The position numbers were made by a program, and so were the translations under genes. A stretch of DNA of 64,000 bases from IMG/VR virus record IMGVR_UViG_2883497546_000001, positions 38,246 to 102,245 of that record. One strand, 5' to 3'. Numbering within the stretch: the first letter of the stretch is position 1; each line of letters begins with the position of its first letter. This DNA is from a virus. Lineage: Duplodnaviria; Caudoviricetes. The notes below the pieces were generated by a model. It saw nothing but the letters and a program-made list of their open reading frames with translations. It ran no database searches and was not told where the DNA came from. Shown in pieces: positions 51,974 to 60,977 of this stretch.

Positions 51974-52507
51974 ATGTCCCGCCGCACGAAGCTCCTCATC
52001 ACCGCGCTCTTCCTCGTGCTGCTCGGCATCCTCGCGGTGTATCTGTTTCAATCATGGAAGCCGGAGAACCCCCTCCGCTTTCAGGTGGTGTCTGTCACTT
52101 CACCCACTCCAGCTACCGGCAGGCAATATCATCCTTATCTGCTGGAGTTCACCGTGACGAATACCTCCAGGGTGCCCATGACTCTGCATTTCGCGCGTCC
52201 GGCATTTCCACATCCCACGGGGAAACCGGATTATCTTCTCGACCATACAAGCGATTTCAAGATTCCAGCAGGCCGTACCGTCCGGTTCAAGCAACCCGTC
52301 ACCGGGCATTTTCAGCAAGGCGTCCTCGCACGTGAGCCCATCCCCGTGGAGTACTACTGCTCGTCAGCCTCCCAGCGATACGTGGCGGATGCCCTGGTCC
52401 GCCTGTACTTTGAATGTCCTGAAAAGTACCGGAAACTGATTCCCCGGACAGAGATGACCAGGTGGGAGACACCCCTCCAGCCCGCATCTCCACCGGTCAA
52501 TCCTTGA
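51974..52507 (+). CDS. Array paralogue 37 (177 aa)
   Basis: WKPENPLRF..EFTVTNT. Confidence 0.9.
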   Translation: MSRRTKLLITALFLVLLGILAVYLFQSWKPENPLRFQVVSVTSPTPATGRQYHPYLLEFTVTNTSRVPMTLHFARPAFPHPTGKPDYLLDHTSDFKIPAGRTVRFKQPVTGHFQQGVLAREPIPVEYYCSSASQRYVADALVRLYFECPEKYRKLIPRTEMTRWETPLQPASPPVNP

Positions 52508-52550
52508 AATCCCCAATCAGAGATCATCAATCGTAAATCATCAATAGCCC

Positions 52551-53063
52551 GTGTCCCGCCGCCCGAGTATAACCATCCTCTCCGTCTTCCTCGTGCTGCT
52601 CGGCATTCCCATGGTGTATCTGTTTCTATCGTGGGATCCGGGGAATCCCATCCGCTTTCGGGTCGTGGCTGTCACTCCCGCGACTCCTGCTCCCGGCCTC
52701 CCTGAGTATCCCTTCCTCGTGGAATTCACGGTGACAAATACCACCTTGGTGCCCTTGACCCTGCGTAGTGCCCGTCTGGAGCCACGCTTCCGTACCTTGC
52801 GTCCCGGCTACCTCGTGGAGCCTCCCTGCAGTGTCAAAATTCCGGCGGGCGGCACAGTCCATCTCAAGGTGCCCGCTACAGAAATTCTACGCGGTACCCT
52901 CGAAGACCCCGCCCCACTCATGGTAAGATATGATTGCACATCGAAGGTCAGGGACCTCGCGACCGATGCGCATGGTTGGTCGAAGAGTCGTTTTCCCATC
53001 ATACGCTTTGTGCTCATAGCGCAAATGTGTGCTCCCGAGTGGCTGACGCAACTTCAGCCCTGA
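52551..53063 (+). CDS. Array paralogue 38 (170 aa, GTG start), related to 37
   Basis: WDPGNPIRF..EFTVTNT. Confidence 0.88.
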   Translation: MSRRPSITILSVFLVLLGIPMVYLFLSWDPGNPIRFRVVAVTPATPAPGLPEYPFLVEFTVTNTTLVPLTLRSARLEPRFRTLRPGYLVEPPCSVKIPAGGTVHLKVPATEILRGTLEDPAPLMVRYDCTSKVRDLATDAHGWSKSRFPIIRFVLIAQMCAPEWLTQLQP

Positions 53064-53130
53064 GCCAGCCAGAGGGCTGAGTTTTGAAATCCCCAATCAA
53101 AAATCATCAATCATAAATCATCAATAGCCC

Positions 53131-53679
53131 GTGTCCCGCCGCCGCATCAAGCTCATCTTCCTCCTCGTCCTCGTGGCCACCGCGAGCCTCGTGGCGGTGC
53201 AGCTCGTGCTCACCTGGTCGCCGGAGGACCCGCTGCGCTTTCGCATCACCGCCCCACGCACCGCAGCTGCGGAGGCCCTGCCGGGCATTGAGTACGCGGT
53301 CACCGTGGAGAATACCACCTCCACCACCATCCACCTCATCCAGGCGGACGTGTTCGTTCCGGCGAAGGATGTGAAACCCGATGAGGCCGCTAACACCTAC
53401 GTCAGCTCCGTGCACATTCCCTACTCAGCCTCCGCCGGCACACCCCTCACCGTCATCCCACCGCACAGCACCTGCGAAGTCGTGCTGCCACTCCCTAAAG
53501 AATTCTCCCTCGAGAACCTGAAGGATGCCCACATCAGCTATTTCTCCACCTCGCGCAGCAAGGCCGCCATTTACAACGCCGTCGTCCACCTTAGAAAGAC
53601 CCTGCCCTCCCTGAAGCTCGACCCCTTGTTCCCGTATCTCGCCCCCGACACGCATCGTACCCCTCTGGAGTTCCAGTAA
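53131..53679 (+). CDS. Array paralogue 39 (182 aa, GTG start)
   Basis: WSPEDPLRFRITAPR. Confidence 0.88.
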   Translation: MSRRRIKLIFLLVLVATASLVAVQLVLTWSPEDPLRFRITAPRTAAAEALPGIEYAVTVENTTSTTIHLIQADVFVPAKDVKPDEAANTYVSSVHIPYSASAGTPLTVIPPHSTCEVVLPLPKEFSLENLKDAHISYFSTSRSKAAIYNAVVHLRKTLPSLKLDPLFPYLAPDTHRTPLEFQ

Positions 53680-53793
53680 AGAAAAGACACTTCCATGCAT
53701 TTACGGGCAGCGTCCCCATCCCTCTGCTAGACTCCCCCATCTGAAATTTGAGATCTCAAGTTTCAGATTTCAGATTTCAAATCTCCAGTGCTC

Positions 53794-54342
53794 ATGTTCC
53801 GCCGCCCGAAGGTCATCCTCTTCTGCATCCTCATGGCCATCGTGTGCCTCGTGATGGTGCATCTCTACCTCAACTGGAGACCGGCAAATCCATTGCGCTT
53901 CCGCATCACTGCCCCACGGTCGGTTCCCTCGGGAGGCGAAGGCGCGCGCATGGTGGACTACCCCGTCACCGTGGAAAATACCAGCTCCGCCACCATCCGC
54001 CTCATCATGGCGATCCCATTCCCCCCAAAAGAAAAGGACGGTGATGAGGATGAGTACGACAATCCTTCCATCGGCGAGGTGCGTCCCCCGCATCGCTCCG
54101 CCGAGCCCCTGGCCATCATCCCACCGCACGGCACCTGCGAACTCATCGTGTCACTCGTCCGCGACCGCTCTCCGGAGGATCTGAAGGGTGCCACCATGAG
54201 GTATTTCACCGTCACTCCCAGCAGGGCTGCCTTCATTCGCGCAGTGGTCCGCTTCCAAAGAGACTTCGCATACCTGAAGATCAACACCTTATTTCCGGAC
54301 GAGTCTTTCGACATGCATGAGGCCCACATACAGTTCCCATAA
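53794..54342 (+). CDS. Array paralogue 40 (182 aa)
   Basis: MFRRPKVIL..WRPANPLRFRITAPR. Confidence 0.88.
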   Translation: MFRRPKVILFCILMAIVCLVMVHLYLNWRPANPLRFRITAPRSVPSGGEGARMVDYPVTVENTSSATIRLIMAIPFPPKEKDGDEDEYDNPSIGEVRPPHRSAEPLAIIPPHGTCELIVSLVRDRSPEDLKGATMRYFTVTPSRAAFIRAVVRFQRDFAYLKINTLFPDESFDMHEAHIQFP

Positions 54343-54443
54343 AGACACTTCATTTACGCGCAGCATCCTCATCCCTCTGCTAGTCTCTCCGAAACCAAAT
54401 CCAAAATCATCAATCGAAAATCGTAAATCATAGATAGCCCCCC

Positions 54444-55097
54444 ATGTCCCGCCGTGCCAAGCTCATCTTCGTCGCCATCTTCCTGGCGTTGCTGAGCGTC
54501 CCTGCCATCTACCTCGGCCTCACCTGGCATCCGCAGAGCCCGCTGCGCTTCATCCCCACGCCCGGTGAGCACGCGCCTGTGCCCGTGGACAACGAAGTCA
54601 TGGTGCCCCTCACCATCGAGAATACCAGCCGCGCCCCCATCCACCTCCTCGTCGCCAGCTTCTACGACACCAGCCACACCGGCAAAAGCGACGACAGCCT
54701 GGGCGTCATCACCCCCGAGCTGCAGATCAACTCCGGCATCAGCACCAGTCCCGAGTACATCCTCATTCCCGCCAGCGGCCAGTTCTCCGGCATCGCCATG
54801 CTCGACCACGAAGGCTACACCCGCCTCCGCGACGGCAGCGCTCAGGTCGAGTACCTCTGGGCCTCCCGCATCAAGTACCAGGCCATCGAAGCCCTCGACC
54901 ACCTCCGCACCAGCCTCTCTCCCACGTGGTATCACCTCGTCCCCGAGCCCACCATCGGCCAGGACCGCACCACCCTGCAGCTGCCCCCCGCGCCACCCCT
55001 GGACCCCTCGCAGGCGCCATCCTTCCCATCATCCACGGAACCCTCGTTATCAAAAGCACCCCGCACACCTCCCCAGGTGCAGCTCCCACCGCCGTAG
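54444..55097 (+). CDS. Array paralogue 41 (217 aa)
   Basis: WHPQSPLRF..IENTS; strongly C-ending codons throughout. Confidence 0.9.
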   Translation: MSRRAKLIFVAIFLALLSVPAIYLGLTWHPQSPLRFIPTPGEHAPVPVDNEVMVPLTIENTSRAPIHLLVASFYDTSHTGKSDDSLGVITPELQINSGISTSPEYILIPASGQFSGIAMLDHEGYTRLRDGSAQVEYLWASRIKYQAIEALDHLRTSLSPTWYHLVPEPTIGQDRTTLQLPPAPPLDPSQAPSFPSSTEPSLSKAPRTPPQVQLPPP

Positions 55098-55824
55098 GGT
55101 GGTGGGCGGAGGTGGTGATTGATGATATCACACCCTATCGCACCGTGTGAAATCATGGGGAAGGCGCGTTCCTGGGCTGCGTGCAGGCCCGCGAAGCGCA
55201 TGCACATCAGGTTGCTACCAAAGGAAGTTGAAACCGGGTCCTTGTCTGCAAAACATCGGACTCCCTGGAGTGGTTCACGCCATCGAGGTATCCATGGATA
55301 CACGAGCATGGCACAGGCCCAAGGAGCGGGAACGCCTCGTTCCCGTCAGCGGCCACCATGCTGGGTGATGTGGCATGTCGAGCACGCGTACTATTCCAAG
55401 AGAGTACTTCGATAGATACACTCCAATAGACCTTTTCACCCACGGGAACGAGGCGTTCCCGCTCCTTGGGCCTTCTGCAACACCCTGGGCAGGTTCGTCG
55501 CGTGAGAGACCTGTTTTCAACTCGCCCTGGTGTAACATGAATCTGAATCAAAATCAGAAGCGTCTCGTGATCTGACCCACCCTCGCTGCTAGACACGACT
55601 CAGCGACTCACCACCTTGCGCGAAGCGCCTTGGAGTGCGTGTGCGAAGCACCGCTTTGGTCGGGAGCTTCGTCGCGCGGAGCCTCCTTCAGGCAGACTCA
55701 CGCTGGGTGGTTCCGCATCACAAGAACGCACCGACCGTTTTTTTGCGGGCCCTCTCACAGAGCTCGAACTCGGACTGGACCATGGTGAAATCTCACCTAC
55801 CAAGTCCCAAGCCAAAAATCTCCC

Positions 55825-56376
55825 ATGTCCCGCCGCGCGAAACTCTTCATCGCCTCCATCTTCATCATGCTGCTCGCCGTGCTCGGCTGGCAGTTCGTGA
55901 GTGCCTGGCGGCCGGAGAATCCGCTGCGCTTCCGCCATGTGGGTGGGAACATGGAGAGGGGGCCATTCGAAGAGGGATACTATCAGTCCATGCAGATGGA
56001 ACTGCGGAACACCAGCGGTGTGGACGTGATGTTGATATCGGGAACGTTTCGTGAGGAACTTGAATCGAAGGGGGAAGGGCTACTTTCCAGTGCTCATGTG
56101 GGGCGCAGGGGAATAGAGGCATTCACCGTCCCGGCCAGGGGCACCCTGATGGTGGACTTCTATTGTTCAACCACCGTGTCGGTAGACGCTTTCAAGAGCA
56201 TGCAGTCCGAAAAATGGCAGGCACGCAAAGGAAGCGTGCACTACGAGTGGGTATCCCGCTCCAAGGCGCGCGCCGTGCAGGCACACGACTGGCTTCACCG
56301 CACACTTCCAGCAGGCTTGGCGAAACTCCTGCCTGAGCTATCTCCATTCTCAGACACCACCACCGTAGAGCCATAA
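55825..56376 (+). CDS. Array paralogue 42 (183 aa)
   Basis: WRPENPLRF..LRNTS. Confidence 0.9.
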   Translation: MSRRAKLFIASIFIMLLAVLGWQFVSAWRPENPLRFRHVGGNMERGPFEEGYYQSMQMELRNTSGVDVMLISGTFREELESKGEGLLSSAHVGRRGIEAFTVPARGTLMVDFYCSTTVSVDAFKSMQSEKWQARKGSVHYEWVSRSKARAVQAHDWLHRTLPAGLAKLLPELSPFSDTTTVEP

Positions 56377-56384
56377 CCCACCAT

Positions 56385-56467
56385 CTCACCACTCACCACT
56401 CACCACTCACCACTCACCACTCACCACTCACCACTCACCACTCACCACTCACCACTCACCACTCACC
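56385..56467. repeat. (CTCACCA)11+ heptamer tract containing the stop of the DnaC-like gene
   Basis: Read directly; minus strand is (TGAGTGG)n. Confidence 0.95.
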
Positions 56468-57188
56468 CCACCTTCCTCAAGCTCTCCCACGCACACTCCA
56501 CCATGCCACCCGTCTGGCCGATGCGGTCCACCATCGAGGCGCCGACGGATTTGCCAAAGGCTTCCGCAGTCAGATTCGCAATCAAGACCGTGGGCAGGAT
56601 GTTCGCGTGACGGTGGTCGATGATATTCACCAGCGTGCGATTCTCCCACTCACTCTCGCTGCGCTCCTGGAATTCATCGATCACGAGGAAGGGTGCTTTG
56701 CGATAACGCTCCAGCACCGTCCACTCATCCTCCTGGCTCTGCGGATGCCACGCGCGGCGGATGGTCGCGAAGAGATCGTGCGAGCGCACATACACCCCCG
56801 GACTCTGCCCGCGCTGTCGACGCTGCTCCGCCAGCCACACCGCCATCACCGTCTTCCCCCGCCCGCGATCACCGAGAATCGCAAACGTGCCGCGGTTTGC
56901 TTGCAGCTTCTTCTGAATGGTCCGCACCATGCGCAGCGGAGCATCCTTGAGCAACTCCAGGTCAGCGATGGCACGCGGGGGCCATTCCTCCGACCAGTCC
57001 CGGGTCTTACGGATCTCTACCTGCTTCTGCTTCTCTTCCCAGCCGGTCTTGTTCTCCGCCACACACACCTCACAGAGGACCAGCGGAGCACGGTTGAAAA
57101 TGGACCGCAGGCTGCGCGCTTCCTCAGCACTCACACCTTCGACAGACGCACCACAGCGCGAGCAGGAAATGGGCTCACTCATCTTCAC
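56463..57188 (-). CDS. DnaC/IstB-like AAA+ helicase loader (phage replication)
   Basis: N-terminal CxxC..CxxC, Walker A GDRGRGKT, Walker B LVIDE, IIDHRH, TVLIANL, DR finger; overlaps the initiator gene. Confidence 0.88.
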   Translation of the reverse strand: MKMSEPISCSRCGASVEGVSAEEARSLRSIFNRAPLVLCEVCVAENKTGWEEKQKQVEIRKTRDWSEEWPPRAIADLELLKDAPLRMVRTIQKKLQANRGTFAILGDRGRGKTVMAVWLAEQRRQRGQSPGVYVRSHDLFATIRRAWHPQSQEDEWTVLERYRKAPFLVIDEFQERSESEWENRTLVNIIDHRHANILPTVLIANLTAEAFGKSVGASMVDRIGQTGGMVECAWESLRKVG

Positions 57189-58260
57189 AGTCCTCCAATC
57201 GATAGATTTTCACTTTGCTCACATTCACATCCGTTTGGATCTCGCCTGTTCGCTGTCCACGTTCCGCATGCATGGGTCTGCTTCCGCTTCCATGTCCGCG
57301 TTCGTTCCCGTTCGCGTTTGTACCTCCACCACTGGTGCGAGAGGCAGCACTGTGGCCATTTCCATTCGCTCCCGTCTGTCGCCGCAGTTCGGCCTTCGTC
57401 TTCTCGAGTGCTTTGGCGTCATCGTTCTTCCGTGTCCGGCAGGACCAGCGGAACTTCAGGTAGCCCGCAAACTTCACGATAGGCCTCGACACACCGTGCT
57501 CGTCTCGACGTGTGTAGTCGCCTGTTGAGTCGTGTTCGTTCCAAATCGTGGCTGCGTAGTCGGGGTCCACACCCAGGCTCACCGCAAGGGAGCGGCATTG
57601 CGTCTCCGACGTAGGCCACCCCGCCCCCGCGGGGTAAGGGGGAGAGACAGCAAGATCACCATGGGGTGGGTGGTGGGTGGTGGGTGGTGGCGTAACGCTA
57701 GCGTCGCGCTCAGCGCACGCTAAGCGTTCGCTAGGCGTGACGCTGAGCGTATCACTGAGCGTATCGCTGAGCGTATCGCTATGCGTCTTCTGATTTCTGC
57801 CGGAGGACACGGCCTTTCCAGGGACGCGGGCAGTGGGAGAGGCCGCAGCCTTGCGTGCCTCGCGCTTCGCATTCGTCATGGCTGCACCTTGCCGCCGCCG
57901 GCGGATGCGGTCCCGCTGCTTCTCCCGCTCATGCTCCAGCCGCACGTTTCGTCGTTTCCCATCCGCAGCCACGGGGAATTTCTCCAGCACCAGCGGCGAG
58001 ATCTGCGAGCCCTTGCGATACCCCACCAGCCGCGCCAGCAGGTCCAGGTCCGCCGGCAGGCCATCATTCGTCCACTGGTGCAGCAGCAGGTCCAGATAGT
58101 CGCAGCGTTCCACCTTCGTCAGGTGCCGCGTCCCGTGCGTCCACCGCTCGCAGTAGAAGTCAAACGCCGGTGCATCACGCTGCGCTGCAGTCGCCGTTGC
58201 TGCTCCCGCCAGAGCGCCCTCCTCGTCTTCCAGTTCAAGTTCCAGTTCGCTAGTCCTCAT
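57175..58260 (-). CDS. Phage replication initiator, DUF1376/YdaU-like N-terminal domain
   Basis: PAFDFYCERWTHGTRHL..YLDLLLHQW..LPAD..LARL..RNVRLEHE; paired with the DnaC-like gene. Confidence 0.85.
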   Translation of the reverse strand: MRTSELELELEDEEGALAGAATATAAQRDAPAFDFYCERWTHGTRHLTKVERCDYLDLLLHQWTNDGLPADLDLLARLVGYRKGSQISPLVLEKFPVAADGKRRNVRLEHEREKQRDRIRRRRQGAAMTNAKREARKAAASPTARVPGKAVSSGRNQKTHSDTLSDTLSDTLSVTPSERLACAERDASVTPPPTTHHPPHGDLAVSPPYPAGAGWPTSETQCRSLAVSLGVDPDYAATIWNEHDSTGDYTRRDEHGVSRPIVKFAGYLKFRWSCRTRKNDDAKALEKTKAELRRQTGANGNGHSAASRTSGGGTNANGNERGHGSGSRPMHAERGQRTGEIQTDVNVSKVKIYRLEDCEDE

Positions 58261-58528
58261 AAGTCGTCAAAGTTGCTATCGAAATTCTCGTCTTATCTCG
58301 TGCCCTCACGTCGCGCACAGCACCAGCATGCCCTCGCCGCCCTTGTCTTAGGGAAGCGATGGCCTTCGAATTCCTGCCCTTCATGCACATCAGGTCAGGA
58401 AACAGCGGGTGATTCTATCAGGGAAGGGCCGCAGTGCAGATCAACACAGGCCACCAGTTCGCAAAGCGACCTGGTGCGCTGCATGGGTTCGTCATATGCC
58501 ATTTCCCTGTTCATCTCATCCCATCTCA

Positions 58529-58744
58529 TCACAGTTTCCTAACCCGCCTCCCACGCGCTCCGCGAACGCTCTTCCGACAGAAGCCACGCAGATGAACCGG
58601 CGCCACCGCAGACTCCGGTTCATCCTCACCATCCTCCTCGCTCAGCGCCGGGGCCATCACCGGCGCCGGCACCACATCCGCCTTCACACAGGCGTCCGCA
58701 TACCGGCGTTCATACTCACCAGGGGAAAGGCGTTCAGTCGTCAT
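58529..58744 (-). CDS. Small phage hypothetical protein
   Basis: Co-oriented ORF overlapping the upstream stop; weak support. Confidence 0.4.
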   Translation of the reverse strand: MTTERLSPGEYERRYADACVKADVVPAPVMAPALSEEDGEDEPESAVAPVHLRGFCRKSVRGARGRRVRKL

Positions 58745-59165
58745 GTTCTTCTTCTTCATGATAGGCGGGTGGCTTCTCCCGTTGCAGTTGCTGCACCTTC
58801 GCCGTGCAGCGCACACACAGCCCCGGATGTGGCGCGAAGCCCGTGCTCGCACACCGCACCCCGCAGATCTCACACGAGTCATCATACTCTTGCTCTTGCT
58901 CGTGCTTGTGTCCCAGCGTCAGGCTTGGTGTTATATCTCCCTCATCCACCACATGGCCAAAGAGATCACCCATCGTCGTGATCTCCATCGGTGGCCGCAT
59001 CGCGTCCACCAGGCGTATCGCCTCCGCCACACCGCTCACCCCATCTGCCCGGTACAGCATGTCAATCACCGCCTCCAGCGTCGGCGCATGCAGATGCTGC
59101 TGCAGCCGCAGTCGCTGCCTGTGCCTGGGCGAGCCCCGCAGGTCTGTGTGTTCATGCCTGTTCAT
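58734..59165 (-). CDS. Phage hypothetical protein with C-terminal CxxC..CxxC Zn finger
   Basis: CEICG..CVRC. Confidence 0.6.
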   Translation of the reverse strand: MNRHEHTDLRGSPRHRQRLRLQQHLHAPTLEAVIDMLYRADGVSGVAEAIRLVDAMRPPMEITTMGDLFGHVVDEGDITPSLTLGHKHEQEQEYDDSCEICGVRCASTGFAPHPGLCVRCTAKVQQLQREKPPAYHEEEEHDD

Positions 59166-59229
59166 AAATGGAGTGATGGAGTGATGCGTGTGGTGGCCTC
59201 ACGCGAAGGACCCAGAAGCCGTGACGCGC

Positions 59230-59407
59230 AGCGTCCTTGGACTGCGTGCAGCCTGCTGCCGCTTTCCAGAGTCCACAGCCTGCTGTGGCGATGGTGACAC
59301 TCGCTCGTAAGGTGACGCGTCCTGAAAGCTTGGCGACTTCGTCGCTGTGAAGCGTGCATCAGGCTGCACTTGAGGAAAGCGGCAGCAGGCTGCGCGCAGT
59401 CCAAGGC
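59230..59407. repeat. REPIN-like pair (CCTTGGACTGCG.GCAGCCTGCTGCCGCTTTCC and reverse complement)
   Basis: About 33-bp inverted arms; core related to R1 and R2. Confidence 0.8.
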
Positions 59408-59569
59408 CTTCGGCACCGCTTCCGTATCCCTGTCCTTACGTTCATCTGCCAAAGCGGTGCTGCACGCAAGATGGCGCCTGTACTCATCATTCATCATCCC
59501 TCAATCCTCTGCTGCTTCGCTGCTTTGCGTTAAATCTCACCTCACTCCACCATCCGCATTTCAGCCTCC

Positions 59570-59893
59570 TCAATATTCCCCATCATCCCCGCGCATGAAG
59601 GACTCCGCATAACGCCGCATCGCCTCATTAAAGGCCTTGCCCGCCAGCTCCGCCGAGTCCCGCGTCGGGCCCTCGATGCTCCCGTTTCCCTCCACATCCG
59701 CGCAGTGCTCGCACGCCACATAGTAGCTGCGGCGCACACGCTCCCGCCCATAACTCCGCACCAGGAGTGACCGCCACCCGCACAGCGGGCACGCGGGCAA
59801 TCCATAGACCAGGTGCGTCTGATGATAGGCCACCGTCTCGGGCGCAGGCATAGACACAGCGGCGGCAGCGGAAATGGAATCACGAGAGGACAT
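59570..59893 (-). CDS. Lar (restriction alleviation)-like Zn-ribbon protein
   Basis: LPACPLCG..YYVACEHC pattern in a phage early region. Confidence 0.6.
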   Translation of the reverse strand: MSSRDSISAAAAVSMPAPETVAYHQTHLVYGLPACPLCGWRSLLVRSYGRERVRRSYYVACEHCADVEGNGSIEGPTRDSAELAGKAFNEAMRRYAESFMRGDDGEY

Positions 59894-60115
59894 GGGGAAA
59901 GGGACGAATAGTTGATAGTCGAAGGTTGATGGTTGATAGCCTGAGTCGGTGCGACAGTGAGCGGTGAGCGGTGCGACGGTGTCAGCTTGGACTACAAGGC
60001 TGTGGACTCTTAAGCAGGCGCATAACGACGAGTGATGGTGCAGAGGTGTTCAGCAGGGTCTGCCACCGTCGTATTGATTACCGTCGCACCGCTCACCGTC
60101 CTACTGTCCCACCGG

Positions 60116-60730
60116 CTACATCCCCGCCGCCTCCAAATCACCCGCGAGCTTCTGCATATCCCGGTGAAATCCAGACGGGCTTTCCGCATAGTCCGCCACG
60201 CGTCGTGTATCCGCGCCCAGCCAGCGGTCGGCGCAGTCCAGGTAGCACAGGCCATCGAAGACATTGCCCACGCGGAATTCATTCAGCGCATACAGCTTCC
60301 AGGTCGTCTCCTGGTCAAAGTCCTCCGGACCGCGATGCTCATTCGGCTGCGCGCCCAGGCTCTGGGAAATGGCGGAGCCTGCCAGGCACACCTCGCACAC
60401 CGCATCCGTGCGGTGCTCGCGATGCCACACATCCATATTGATGCGATAGATATCCGGCCGCCCCTCCACCTTGCGCAGGTCCGCCAGCGCCGCACGGATC
60501 AAGGCGGAAGGCTTCGCGGGAAGCGTCGCCCGCTGGGGACTCGTGACCGGAGAAGGGGTGCCTGTAGTCGCAGTCACAGCGGCACCAGCAGAAACATCAG
60601 CGTGCGTCACCGTGACGGTGCGGGTGGCTTCGGCCCCAACTTCAACTTCAAGTTCAGCTTCAGCTTCAGCTGGAGCCTGTGCCTGGGTCAGAGCCTGGTC
60701 TTGTGCAGAGTTGCATGTCGTCGATTGCAT
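60116..60730 (-). CDS. Phage hypothetical protein
   Basis: Globular C-terminus LPAKPSALIRAALADL..INMDVWH..CEVCLAG; start uncertain. Confidence 0.65.
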   Translation of the reverse strand: MQSTTCNSAQDQALTQAQAPAEAEAELEVEVGAEATRTVTVTHADVSAGAAVTATTGTPSPVTSPQRATLPAKPSALIRAALADLRKVEGRPDIYRINMDVWHREHRTDAVCEVCLAGSAISQSLGAQPNEHRGPEDFDQETTWKLYALNEFRVGNVFDGLCYLDCADRWLGADTRRVADYAESPSGFHRDMQKLAGDLEAAGM

Positions 60731-60977
60731 AACAGTTGGAAATGGTGGGTGGGTGGTTGTTTGGGGACGGGATTGGATTTGGAACTTGGGAAGTCGTGGA
60801 TAACTCATGAAGTGACTGGCAGAGGCAGAGGTAGAGACAGAGGCAGCGACATGCGCGGGTGTTGAAGTTGAAGGAAGTCGGGTCTCCAGACCGGACAGTG
60901 GTTGGCGGGTTTTCCTACCCGCCACTCCCACGAGTAGCAGCGATGCATCGTGGCGGCCTTTACAGCCACCGCATCTC

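Larger units (their letters stand above)
19037..56376 (+). other. Tandem paralogue array: 42 intact constant-leader/variable-domain membrane protein genes plus one stub
   Basis: All on + strand; shared MSRR.KL-TM-WxPxNPLRF, V.VENTS..P, IP..GT, Y.W.S and D.TPL motifs. Confidence 0.95.

Noticed and set aside
19037-56376. CRISPR array (repeat-spacer look of the constant leaders)
   Set aside because: Repeats are coding and degenerate, the intervening segments are about 500-bp homologous ORFs, and no cas genes are present
19037-56376. Integron cassette array
   Set aside because: No consistent RYYYAAC..GTTRRRY attC structure after the genes, no integrase in the window, and the cassettes are all paralogues
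19037-56376. Lipoprotein or type IV pilin array
   Set aside because: No conserved lipobox Cys and no G-F-x-x-x-E prepilin motif after the basic N-terminus
56463-57188. IS21 IstB helper gene
   Set aside because: No adjacent IstA transposase; it is coupled to a DUF1376 initiator, which fits phage replication
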